A stretch of 52,875 bases of DNA, the filler included, from Squatina squatina (taxonomy: Eukaryota): NCBI GenBank assembly GCA_031763465.1. It is 3 parts of 3 records of this genome, joined end to end, with 100 filler letters (N's around TTAATTAATTAA, not from the genome) between each part and the next. Parts side by side here need not be neighbours in the genome. Positions count along the whole stretch, not along the records: positions 1 to 18,229 come from JARFOE010000046.1; 2 more parts are not named here. One strand, given 5' to 3'. Numbering within the stretch: the first letter of the stretch is position 1; each line of letters starts with the position of its first letter. The position numbers and the translations under genes are program-made. Shown here piece after piece: positions 1 through 11,654 of this stretch. A model generated the notes under the pieces. That model saw nothing but the letters and a program-made list of their open reading frames with translations, did not search any database and was not told the origin of the DNA.

Positions 1-420
1 GGTGTCCTCAGGCAGCTCATCACAGCAGAGGACTGGAAGTTCTCAGGCCACTGCGACACCAGTGGCGGCTTTCAGGTAAGTTCTTAATGCAGACCAGGAA
101 TGGAGTAGTGATAGGTAGGGAGTTAGGCCACATCTGGGCCTGCTTTTCCTGAACACAGCTGGCCTCAACATTACCTGCGTACAGGGTAACCCAATATTGC
201 AGATGGTCCTCAAACAGGCTTTACCCATTTTTTGAATATGCAAAGGGATTAATGCCTGTTTCAGAGGTGGGTCCTGGATGCCTATTTTGTTGGCTACAGC
301 AATATGGTAGATATACTACTTCCATCTCATAATGAGCGTGCACTTCCTACCGACATATTGGAGGCTTTGGTGCCTGTTCAGCACCCGAAAAAAGGGCACC
401 AACCATCCAATTTCTGGGCC
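1..420. mobile_element. Probable end of a non-autonomous DNA transposon (MITE-like)
   Basis: Ends in aatttctgggcc (~409-420), which resembles termini seen elsewhere in the window (ggggccaaaatt ~16136, aatttcaggccc ~23700, aatttcagcccc ~27323). Confidence 0.3.
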
Positions 421-1562
421 ACAATACCTACCTCTCCCTGAAGTCGGATTCAGATCTACTGAAAGCTGCCACCTTTTGCCACAGACAAAGCTCAATAAAT
501 GTTGGGATGTAGAATGATAACTTGAGGTCTTGTTCTTGCTTTATTGATGGTGAAAAGTTAACTAAACAAACTTAATAACTTTAATAATTAATGCCCCCAC
601 AACATGAAATACTGACAAAAGTGTCAGAAGTTAAATTATACTTTAAAAAAACCAGATTCATATTTCAGAACTTTCTGTGTACTGGTTTGTCTGTTTTAAA
701 CCAAGAAAGATGGCAATCCTAAATTTAACCCTTACAGAGATTCAGTGATAGTGTATAAGAATATTAACTCTCACTGCTGTGACTTTTGGCTCAACTCCAA
801 CGGAGACTGATTTAGTAGAGCTACATTTTCTGAGGGATTGTGGCACAATGTTCACCACATTTTTCCTTAAGCTCTGGATTCTGTTCTTGAATCCTGTCCA
901 CAGATGCTATGAGTCACCTGCTTCTAATGCCTGTTAGAGGTCCAGAGGGAGATATGCTTTGCCTGTCTCAATTCTGTCCTCAATAGATGTAAATCCACAA
1001 AACAAAATGTTCTTCAATTGAAACTTTTTTCTCTTTGGATGTTATGTAGTTTATGATTTGTCATCATTGATCTGCTCAGATGAGAGTGGAGTGTGTAATG
1101 TGAATAGAATGACAGAATGGAACACTGCATCACTGTAGCAGCTGCAATTACAATCACATCTGGGTCTATAATAAACCCTCTGAAGGAAACAGATTGGATG
1201 ATGCTCCGGCCAAAAAAAACCTTCCTCGGGGAGAACTTACTGGAAAAGAAAGCGTGTTTGACAGAGAAGAGAGCACTTTCTATTTTTAGATACACAAGAT
1301 GAAACTACATTGTGGATATAGCTGATGAAAATGCACGACAATGAGACACAGGGGGGAATAAATAGAAGTGGCAGAAGGTTTTACAGATTTAAGTTAATTG
1401 AAAGAAAATATTTCAGATTTAAATTTGGCTTTTGATGTTTATTGTAAGAAACTGAGATTGACTTCAAAAACAATGAGAGGACAGGAGGTGTAGCAATTAA
1501 TAGAATGTGGAGATGCAGCAGTGATAAGAGGCACATTGAGGGAGCAAGTACTAAAAGAAAGA

Positions 1563-1710
1563 AAGACTTGCATTTATATAGCACCTTCCATGACCTCAGG
1601 ATGTCTCAAAGNNNNNNNNNNACAGCCAATGAAGCACTTTTGCAGTGTAGTTACTGTTATAATGTGGGAAACACTGCAGTCAATTTGTGCACAGCAAGAT
1701 CCCACAAACT
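1563..1710 (-). mobile_element. Deu-domain SINE 3' part with L2-type tail
   Basis: gacttgcatttatatagcacctt...gcacagcaagatcccacaaac is the reverse complement of the segment found in the + strand copies near 31260-31400 and 48760-48850. Confidence 0.6.
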
Positions 1711-2048
1711 GAGCAAACTGAGCAACCAGAGAGCCAAACATAATGAAACAGATTATGAAGCAAAACCACACTGAAAAAGAGAGTTTTTCCTTGCTGTTGG
1801 ATCTGTGAGTTTTATTTCAATGCTGTTGTGCAGCTGCTTCCTTGGTATAGTCCAGGACCAATAATATTTCAATTTCTTTTACNNNNNNNNNNNNNNNNNN
1901 NNNNNNNNNNNNNNNNNNNNNNNNNNNNNNNNNNNNNNNNNNNNNNNNNNNNNNNNNNNNNNNNNNNNNNNNNNNNNNNNNNAGAAGACAGCATGGAGCC
2001 AGCATTTGGTTAAATCCAACGTATTAATTGCAAGGGCTATGCTACTGC

Positions 2049-2069
2049 TGACGTCAGGTGCATGCAAAT
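2049..2069. promoter_or_regulatory. Compact CRE / E-box / octamer cluster
   Basis: TGACGTCA 2049-2056, CAGGTG 2055-2060, ATGCAAAT 2062-2069. Motif match only. Confidence 0.3.
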
Positions 2070-3785
2070 ACAGACACGCATGACTATGAAAAAATGTTCA
2101 GAATAGCTGTGGAGATATCCCATTCAAAGTTTGCAATGTAAATGGGACAGTTCTGCTAAGTTAAGTCTTGGAGGAGCACAAAATCTGAGGTATTACTAGG
2201 TATTGGCCCACACCTCAACCATTCAAGATTGATGGAGTATTGTCCAGAACAATGTGTTCACGATCAGTCCAGAGCCTGCAACATGACTGAAGGTGTATTA
2301 TCCAGGGAGGACAAACTAAGGCAGCAAAAGACACCAGCATTGGTCATTAAATCATTTTAGCATTGACACAATTCAGCAGGAATGCAATCAATTTATTTCT
2401 CCAGTCTCTCAGGAGGTCTATACTGAAGATGTTCCATATGAAAAAAGGCTGAATGAGGCTCTTAAATTAATCTCACACTAAAGTAAAGTATATTAACAGA
2501 GTAATGGATCTCGGAGGTGATTTATAGCAGCTTGCCTCAGGAAATCCACAACAATTTCAACTGTAGGCTCTCAAAGCTGACATAAAATCCATGAATATAA
2601 ATCACTTTGGAGGCTTATTATTTTTTAATTAAATGATCTAATAGTTTCATTTTTTTTTTAAGAAGTACTTGCAGTGGTGATTGAGCTCTTTTTGCTGTGA
2701 ATGCGCTTTTCACCTCAACTTTTTAATGTACTGTAAAACCNNNNNNNNNNNNNNNNNNNNNNNNNNNNNNNNNNNNNNNNNNNNNNNNNNNNNNNNNNNN
2801 NNNNNNNNNNNNNNNNNNNNNNNNNNNNNNNNNNNNNNNNTAGAAGTGAAAGAATAGTGCTTTAACCCTGTGCATTACCAAGTCCGCTATAAAATTCACT
2901 ATCGCTTGTATAAGGACTGAGTAGGAGGTATAGCTACATTTTGTTACATGAATTGCCACAGCACAAACTGAGGATGACCAAGGTCCCAACCACTCAGAAT
3001 TGTTCAATTTCATAATCTGAAGCCGTCTACGTTTGTTACCATTACCTAAAAGCAATGCTGAAAAAAGTTACTGGGACAATTTAAAATCCCACAGATGGTG
3101 TCTTTAAAAAAAACTGTTCAGTTCTGTACCAATCCTTTCAAGAGATTACTGCAGTGAATGAAAGAAATCAGATTAAAGTATGACTGCGCATAAGGTCGAT
3201 ATTGTGCTTTATCTCTAATGACATTCACTGCTCAGGAGAGAATTGGTGCTCTTAATAACCATATGTGTCTGCCATTTCAATTCTGAACAGGCTGTGAAAA
3301 AAGAGATGAAGAGAGAAACCTAATTCAGAAGAGCATTTTTCTAAAATATTCCTGAGCCATTACCATTTCACTGAATATGCTAGAAGGAATAAAAGTGAAA
3401 ATATTTCAGTTCATTGGATGAATTGAATACAGATAACAAATGAATGCAGCACTATGTCTGAATAGGCTGCAGACATCTGTTATTGATTTGAACCTGCTCA
3501 TCTGCTTGTTTTTGCTGAATCTTTCTTCTGTGGCTTGCAATACAGATTTGATACTTTAAAAGTTATCTGTGAAGTTTATTTTCTATGATGTGCTGAAGTG
3601 TTGTGCCTTAGGAAGAGTAATTGGTTACTTTCAAAACTAGGACACTCTTACTGTTTTTGGTAAAGATATGTGTGTGTGTATATATNNNNNNNNNNNNNNN
3701 NNNNNNNNNNNNNNNNNNNNNNNNNNNNNNNNNNNNNNNNNNNNNNNNNNNNNNNNNNNNNNNNNNNNNNNNNNNNNNNNNNNNN

Positions 3786-4105
3786 TTAAGGAGCGTCTTA
3801 AAAGGAGGAGAGAGAGGCAGCGAGGCGGAGAGGGTTAGGAAGAGAATTCCAGAGCTTATGGACTAGATAGCTGACAGCATGGCCACCAGTGGTGTGGCGA
3901 AGGATGTCAGGATGCACAAGAAACCAGAATTGGAGGGGTGCAAGAGGGTTGTAGGGCTGGAGGAAGTTACAGACATCAGGAGGGGCGAGGCCATGGAAGA
4001 ATTTGAAAAATCGAGGCGCTGCTGGACCGAGAGCCAGTGTAGGTCAGCGAACACTGGGATGATGGGTGAACGGGACTCAGAGAGAGTTGGGGTACAAAGA
4101 GCTGA
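3786..4105 (-). mobile_element. L2-clade LINE 3' fragment
   Basis: Minus frame PIIPVFADLHWLSVQQRLDF is typical of the L2 ORF2 C-terminus. The segment is complementary to the L2 tail at 51985-52212. Confidence 0.7.
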
Positions 4106-4440
4106 CTGATACAAGCCTGGTTGTTTCCAGGTTTGATTCCTGGTTTGTGCCAAATTAAGTGATCTCAGACATTTGTCGCTACAAATGCCGCAGCGCCCTT
4201 GGGTAGGCGGGGAGGGTAAATCACCTCCGGTCCCCTCTCCTGACTGATGTCCAGTAACCCTGCTGGCAGTGCACATATCTCAAAGCCAGCTGAGGATGTG
4301 ATCAGCCTTGCCGGTAATGTTCTCCCGAGTAGTTGAAAAGGTGGTCAGCTTACGCATGTAGAATAGCCAACTGAATGAGGTTAGGGAAGGTGGCCAGATG
4401 TTATACAACTGAGACTAGAATGAGGCAATGCCTTCAAGAA
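4106..4440 (+). mobile_element. tRNA-headed SINE fragment
   Basis: B-box-like ccaggtttgattcctgg followed by tgtgccaaattaagtgatctcag. Related copies lie at ~11585-11630 (+) and ~27915-27960 (-). Confidence 0.4.
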
Positions 4441-6199
4441 AGGGGATAATGATGAAAAATACCCCCTTCTATGGAAAAAGGCTGTGCAGACACTACAGAA
4501 AAATGTAGGCCGGGGGCCATAATTTCACATGAAGTCGAATTTTGCCACTAGCATTTCAAGTTTTGGTATCCCATGAAAGATTGATCAAGTATGAGCTGCT
4601 GAGCAGAAAAACTTTGTAAACATAGAGCTTGAAACATAAAAAATTAAATGAAAAAAACCTGCTGATTAGAGAATTGGTCCAGTGACCATACAATTAAGCA
4701 AAATGACATAAAACTAAACCTTTCCCGCTACAAGCCAGTCCTGCTTTGATTTGTATTTTGTGCAGATAATTCAATGACATTCTGTGAAAGATTTTTCTAT
4801 CAGTGTGTATGAGCTTGAAAATTATGATAATTACCTTGTTTCATTCAGAGTGCTGACAATACCAGACCTGGAACACAAATTATACCATAATTGGGGCGAG
4901 CTTTGGGTTAACCATGGTGCATCTGTCATTTTTATGGTATACAAATCCTGTTGCCTACATGCAGTTGAAACTCTGTACACTCTGTGGATGGCCTGCAGCC
5001 TTTTATTCACCCTATTTTTTCTGACTAAGTGCCTTGCCACATCAAAATGCAGTGAAGCTTTTCTGTTGAATTACAGTCACTGTATGTGCAGACAGGCATG
5101 TCCTGAATCCACTGTTTCTCTTTTTATACAGCTATTCCATTCCCATTGCTCCTGATATAAAAAAAATCTTATGAACAGAGAAGGTAAATTGGTCTCCTGC
5201 GTAGTTTGCTTTCCCGTCTCAGGGATCCTGTTGCCATGGTGCATTCTGCTCCAACAGGACCAGGAAGCAACTCCCAAACTCTTCTAAACGTTTCCAATTT
5301 CCAGTGCCACAGATTGTATTCCTGAGTCCATTGGGCATCATATACTGTGGAACCGGATTACAGTACCCAACATTGGAACAGTTGAAACAGCGAAACCCCT
5401 GCCTCAGATTCTAAACTTACTTCACAAGATTTCCTTTTCACAGTACAAAAATTAAAAGACTGTCAGCAAACTGGCCATATCATCATCGTGCAGAACTACT
5501 GTGCTCTTCTCAAAATCTTCTCTGACCATTTCTTTGCTGTACATTCTCCTGCTGCCACACAAACGCAAGGGGGTCGACACAGAGTGGCAAAAAAAGCAGA
5601 ACAATGTAAGATAGCATGACAAAAGCGAAATACTGGGAATGCTGGAATCTAGCGTACTATCATATGATAGAAACCAATTGGATTCAGAGACAAGTCACCG
5701 CAACAGATTAATACGGCCAGTTCCTTTTTGGCATGCTTTGCCCTGCTTTCCCCACCTCCTTTCTGAACAATCCCTTTACATTTATAAAAAAAAAAATTAA
5801 GAAAGAAAACCTTCAAAGCAGACTTGCGTTTGGCGCGTCCGATTTGAACAGCAGTGATTCCGCCCCGACGGCTGAAGAAATCTCCAACGATTCCCGTCTC
5901 CTGAACTCCTGATGCCCTGGCATACGCTCTCCCATCCACTCGCCGCCTGCGCTGATCAGACGCTCGATTGGCCAGATTTTTTTTTCCGCAGCTCAATTTC
6001 GGATAAAATTGCACCGCTGTCAACTATTAAAAAATGACTCTAAGCCCCTGAGTCAAGCTTGACATTTCTCAGCCGAGTAATTATGTCTTGATCCATTGTG
6101 CTGTGGGTTCGAATTCAATCTGTACTTTAAAAATGTTCACTCGCTCCGCAAAGTCGGCATGAAGTCTGTCTTGTGTGAATTGAGCAGGTGCCAGTCTGG

Positions 6200-6315
6200 G
6201 TTCTCTTTTTCTCGTCCTGCTCCTTTCTCTCTCACATGCTCTCTCTTTATCCTTTCAATCTCTCGCTCTCTCAGCCTCCCTCTCTCTTTCTCTCTGTCGC
6301 TCTCTCTCTCTGTGT
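6200..6315. repeat. (CT)n-rich pyrimidine tract
   Basis: Imperfect CT dinucleotide run seen directly. Confidence 0.8.
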
Positions 6316-6572
6316 GCTTGCTTGGAAGCCAAAGGAGACAATCGGAGCCCAGCGCGAGAGAGCGGACTGGGTGCCCAACCTGTTGTGCAGAGCCTGAAAG
6401 AATACTGCCAACTTGCTTCAATAGACACTGAGAAACAGGAAGTGGTTTGAAAGAAGCTCGAGGCGTTCAGTANNNNNNNNNNNNNNNNNNNNNNNNNNNN
6501 NNNNNNNNNNNNNNNNNNNNNNNNNNNNNNNNNNNNNNNNNNNNNNNNNNNNNNNNNNNNNNNNNNNNNNNN

Positions 6573-7990
6573 GCAAGGAGGAAGAAGAAGAGGAGGAGGA
6601 GGAAGATATTGAGCACAATGCACCCCCAGCTGCTCACATTGCTGCCTGGGATTCCAGGTTCACTTAGGTTGGAGCAGTGCCACCATGTCACCAGGAAATG
6701 CAAATGGCCACTCTTTTCCCTCCCCACCCACAATGCCACTGACACAAAGCAGTCCTGCAATCAACCAACCATCCCTTGAACATCCCCTCATTGGTCCCCA
6801 TCAATTCATGTCTCCACGTCCATCATCAAACAAGCTAAAAGGCCTCTTACCATCCAGCATCCAAGAATGGACAAGACAGAAAAATGGACAAAACAAATAA
6901 TATTTATGTGAGCTAAATAAACACCAGAAACTTATCAACACAACATTTTCTCAGACACCCATGTGCAACTGCAAAACCTTACTCTTCCTTTCCCTGCTAC
7001 TCCTCTGTGGAGCAACCTCTGTGGCTTGAACAGATCCCTGCTCTGACTGCTGGGAAGCTCTTGGCCCACTTCCTCTGGGCCCATCTGCGCCTGTGCAGGG
7101 ACAGACTCGGCCATCGGGAGTCGAGGAAGCATGTGGGCTACTGACTGAGGGGGGCAGGGGATGCAGCGGGTGAGAAGTGGAAGCACTTTGAGTGGAGTCC
7201 CTACTTTCATGTCCCCTTTCGTCATCATCCCTCTCATGCTTTCCAGGCAGCTCTCCTGCGGTAATCCAGCATTCCCGCTCTCTGTGATAAGGGGCAACAC
7301 ATCACAGGCTGACTACTAAGAGACAAGGGATATCTTTTCCAGACTCTGATGATAACCCTACTTCAAAACCTACAGATCCCCGAGGGGATCAGATAGAAAA
7401 GCAGTTACGGCTCAACAGTAACAGTTGCTTAATCCGCCTGGGGGTTTCCTAGAGCACAGCTACTTTTCCTTGCAATGGCGCGAGGTACTGTTGCCACCAG
7501 ATGAAGAGCACTATCCTCCACATGAAGAGGAGGAAGCTAATGAGCCGCAGGATGCAGAACCAGTAAGCAGTCTGCAACATCAGCATGTAACCAGAGCCAT
7601 GTGACAGCAACTCACTTAACATCGCTTCTCCTAATCTGCTCCTCCCCCAACCCCAGCATACATTCCTACTTCCAGTGCAGAACATCCTCTAAACCAGTTC
7701 ATTTACTTTCCTGTAAAAAAACCTTGCATCTCATTATCATTCATATACATGTCACCTAGCTTTACCGAGTCCACCACTGCTACAGAAATACTCCGCAGAT
7801 AGCATTATGACACTAAAGAGTACCATGTCAACAAGTGCAGTGCTAGCTGTGGTAGTTGTGGTAGTGGCCTGCAGCTTCCTGCACAGTTCTGCAATGGCAG
7901 GTCGTGAGATGCGTAATCTCCTACAGTGCTCATCTCTGACTTTCAGGTAGCTCAATCTGAGCCTGTAGACCCCATGAGCAGGGTAAGACT
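6573..7990 (-). mobile_element. Degenerate PIF/Harbinger transposon remnant
   Basis: Minus frame YRLRLSYLKVRDEHCRRLRISRPAIAELCRKLQ (~7865-7965) resembles the N-terminal part of Harbinger transposases. The left boundary is uncertain. Confidence 0.45.
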
Positions 7991-7996
7991 GCCTGC

Positions 7997-8072
7997 AAAA
8001 GCAAAATACTGCAGATGCTGGAAATCTGAAATAAAAACAGAAAATGCTGGAAATACTCAGCAGGTCAGGCAG
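7997..8072. mobile_element. Penelope-associated terminal repeat fragment
   Basis: aaaagcaaaatactgcagatgctggaaatctgaaataaaaacagaaaatgctggaaatactcagcaggtc. Shorter copies lie at 10939-10983 and ~5620-5650; two of the three copies terminate contigs. Confidence 0.55.
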
Positions 8073-8589
8073 NNNNNNNNNNNNNNNNNNNNNNNNNNNN
8101 NNNNNNNNNNNNNNNNNNNNNNNNNNNNNNNNNNNNNNNNNNNNNNNNNNNNNNNNNNNNNNNNNNNNNNNNGGGTTCCACGAGCCCTCTCCCTCCATTT
8201 CCAGAAATACTGTTGCTACCAGCAGGGACAGGGCATCCAGTGGCTGTTCTGAATCTGGCAGGGAAATTTAATTCAAGATAGGAATATCCTTACCGCTCAA
8301 ATTTTCCCCCCTTTTCCGCCGCTATCCTCCCCAATAGCAGATGGAAATACAGCCTTTAATTCCTTCAACTGCTTCATATAATTTTATGACTTTTTTTTAA
8401 CTCTTCTGAAAGACTTTTCTTCAGACCATTTAAAAAATAGATTTAATTTTTGAAGATAAAAATGTTAANNNNNNNNNNAGCTTGTCTCATAAAATAATAT
8501 TGAGCTTTTGATGAGACCGAGTTGCAATTTTGCAAGCTATAGTGCATGAATTTGAAAAACACTCAGGCAGACCCAGGACGATACTTCCC

Positions 8590-9030
8590 ACTGGCATTCT
8601 CCCATTGTTGTTCTCTCATTCCTATTATTCCTGTATACTCCCATTTTTGATTAGCTTTCTCTGATTAGCATTACCTCATTATCCTTGGCATTTCCCACAG
8701 GTGCTCTCATTGGCTTGCTCCATTAGCACTACCATTAGCTCTGTGTATTCTCTCTCCTCTCTCTCACACACACACTTTCCTTCTTTCTAAAGAGATTTCT
8801 TTAATTCACAGTAGCACCGGGTTTGTTCATTTAGCTTTCACTCATTCATCATTTCTCATTGTCACTATCCCATCATCAACAGCATTCTCTCACTGGCTTT
8901 TTTATGTTAGCCTTCAATCATTGGTATTATTCCATTAGAATCGCCCTCTTTCATTTACCTTCTCTCTTTGGCATGCTCTTAAAAGAACTGGCATCATCTC
9001 ATTGGCATTATATCCGAGCATTAAGCTTTT
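8590..9030. repeat. Old decayed minisatellite (tctctcatt(a/g)gc-like unit)
   Basis: Recurrent cattggc / cattagc / tctctcatt words with irregular spacing. Confidence 0.45.
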
Positions 9031-9469
9031 TTTCTCACTGTGATTCAATTCGTATTATCTCTGACTGCAGCACAGCTGTTTCAGGCTCCTGTTTAAAATG
9101 TTCTGTCAGAGTTTCTTTTAACCATCACTGGTTATAGCACTCTCCGCCAACTCTACTTTGAATCAGCCAAGAAATNNNNNNNNNNNNNNNNNNNNNNNNN
9201 NNNNNNNNNNNNNNNNNNNNNNNNNNNNNNNNNNNNNNNNNNNNNNNNNNNNNNNNNNNNNNNNNNNNNNNNNNNATGAGATTTAAGGATTGAGAGAGAA
9301 ACAGAGCAACGATGGAGATGGAAGGGGAATTACAGTGGGTGAGAGTCAAATCAGGTAAAGAAAGAGAAATAAAAAGAAGAAAAGAAAGATTGGATTCAGA
9401 GAGAGAGAGTAAAAAGACAAAAATGAAAAGCAAGGAAAAAATGTAAAAAATTGAAATTTGAACTTTTCA

Positions 9470-9830
9470 AAATCTCTTAAGTAAACTGTTCCCTTTCTAG
9501 GCCAGAGAGATTGATTGGCATTGCATTGACAATTATCATGTCGTTAAAAGGGTACTCACACTATTAATTATGAGCCCTAACTGTCTGTGGCAGGGTTAAT
9601 GGACAATTAGCATGCAAATCCAGCAAGTTCTCAAAAACAAAGGAGAGGCTAAGCGCGAGATGCTGTTTGTGCGAGGCTAACAGCGCAGCAGCGTAAATCA
9701 ACCAGTAAATTCTGGAGATTCACTACTCACGCTGTATCACTTCATCCCCTGAACTTGCTGGCCGATTTGTGCATTAATAACAACCTGTGTCATTAACACA
9801 CCATTATTTTTCCAGCAAGATCCGGCCCAT
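9470..9830. mobile_element. MITE-like repeat fragment
   Basis: Ends in gcaagatccggccc, a terminus resembling the other GGGCC-ended elements. Confidence 0.3.
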
Positions 9831-11654
9831 TCTGTCTACTTCAATTCCTCTCTATTTTAATTAAATAAAGAAAGAGAAATTGAAAACATATTTCTGCAGA
9901 TGGTTTTTGTTACTTTGCTGACTGATGTTGGTTGAAAAACACATGCAATTATTCAGTGAGTGAAGCCTGATAGAGGTTGTAAAATGGATTCCATTAGGAT
10001 TCCCTACAGCTAGCTGATCTCAGAGGGATAGGCAAGAAATCTTTGAAATCACTGCATCTGTAGTCAGGCTGTATGTACTCTGACTCCTCAGGTGAAGAAC
10101 TTCAGTGTATTCTGAGCAGGTGGATCATTTTAGACAGACTCCTGTTGATGTTAAATTGATTACAACTGAATCCAAATGAAAGGGATCACACAAAGCACAT
10201 CAGTGGTTTATAGGAAGACTAAAACATCCGTGGATAGTTAATGACAGTCAGAACTGTTAGTGAAAAACAGAGCGCATTACGCATTTATTCTTTTGTGTTT
10301 TGTGTCAATGTGAACCCGGCATAGCACCAATTTTAAATGAGGTTCCCTTTGCTATTTATGGTAAAAGGAAGATAAGTCTTTCTACAAGCTGGGTAATAAT
10401 TATATCATTACTTATATCGCTTATATGGGCAGAGAAATATAAAACCTTCTGTCTAATGGTAATAATTAGTTCATAATTACACCAAAGGACAGTTGTACCA
10501 GTCACAAAATGCTTTGGTTGCTTCTAGACTAGCCAATCCTCCTTTTTTTCTGCGTATTCCCAGTATCAACACTGTCTTCCCTTAGCTAAAAAAGCTGGTC
10601 GATTTGGTTGGCAGGTTCTTTCATGGCCACTGTCAATGCCAATCCATAATTATTCAAGAGGCAGTCTTACGCCAGAGGGTGCAATCCACCCTCTACTCTC
10701 TTGCTAGTTCCATTCTGGAGCCAACTCTGCTCTATAGTACTTTCTCTAGCAGTTCAGGTGCAACCAATTAAAGTTCCATTCGAGTAGCCAAATTTGTTGT
10801 CAAATGTTATTGATGTTTCAGCAAATAGTTCCCTGGATTATGTGATTCCAGGTAGTGAGGCAGTTTGTTTTTTACTTGTGAAGATCAGTTAGTTTGATAA
10901 CCAGTTCTGAAAACTGGTCAATAAGCTATTTATACTACAAAAGCAAAATACTGCAGATGCAAAATACTGCAGATGCTGAAATCNNNNNNNNNNNNNNNNN
11001 NNNNNNNNNNNNNNNNNNNNNNNNNNNNNNNNNNNNNNNNNNNNNNNNNNNNNNNNNNNNNNNNNNNNNNNNNNNNNNNNNNNTTCATTGGACCTTCCAT
11101 TAACGTTAAATTCATTACAGCTTACAGTAACATAATAGTTTGCATGGCAGTATTTCCATCCCGCTTCAGACTTTCCTTAATTGCCTCAATCTTTATGTCA
11201 ACTCTCCTTGCTATTTCAGCTCTGAATTCACTGAGGTTGGAACAAAAGCAGCGTTTATCTATTTTTAGGAAGCATTTATACAATATGCAGAACCCAGAGA
11301 GATGAATTACTGCCACTTACAATAATACACCTACAGTATCTTTTCTCTTAGTTTCTTCATTATATTAATAACAAACCCATATTTTGCATTGTTTTCATCA
11401 GGAGAAGCCACAGAAAATTAATTGGATGAATGCAAACCACACTTTAAAACAGAATACTTGGAATCATAATTGTGTTCACTGTCATTGCTGGATGGGATAT
11501 TTAAATTTAGATGCATAATCTCTTTCAAAGCATTTCTGCTACAAGTTTCTCAATGGGTAAATGTACTGTGTAAAACCATGAAAGGTGCCAGGTTCAATCC
11601 TTGGCTGGTGCTAAATTAGCTCATCTTAGCCACCAGAATAATGACACCATCAGA

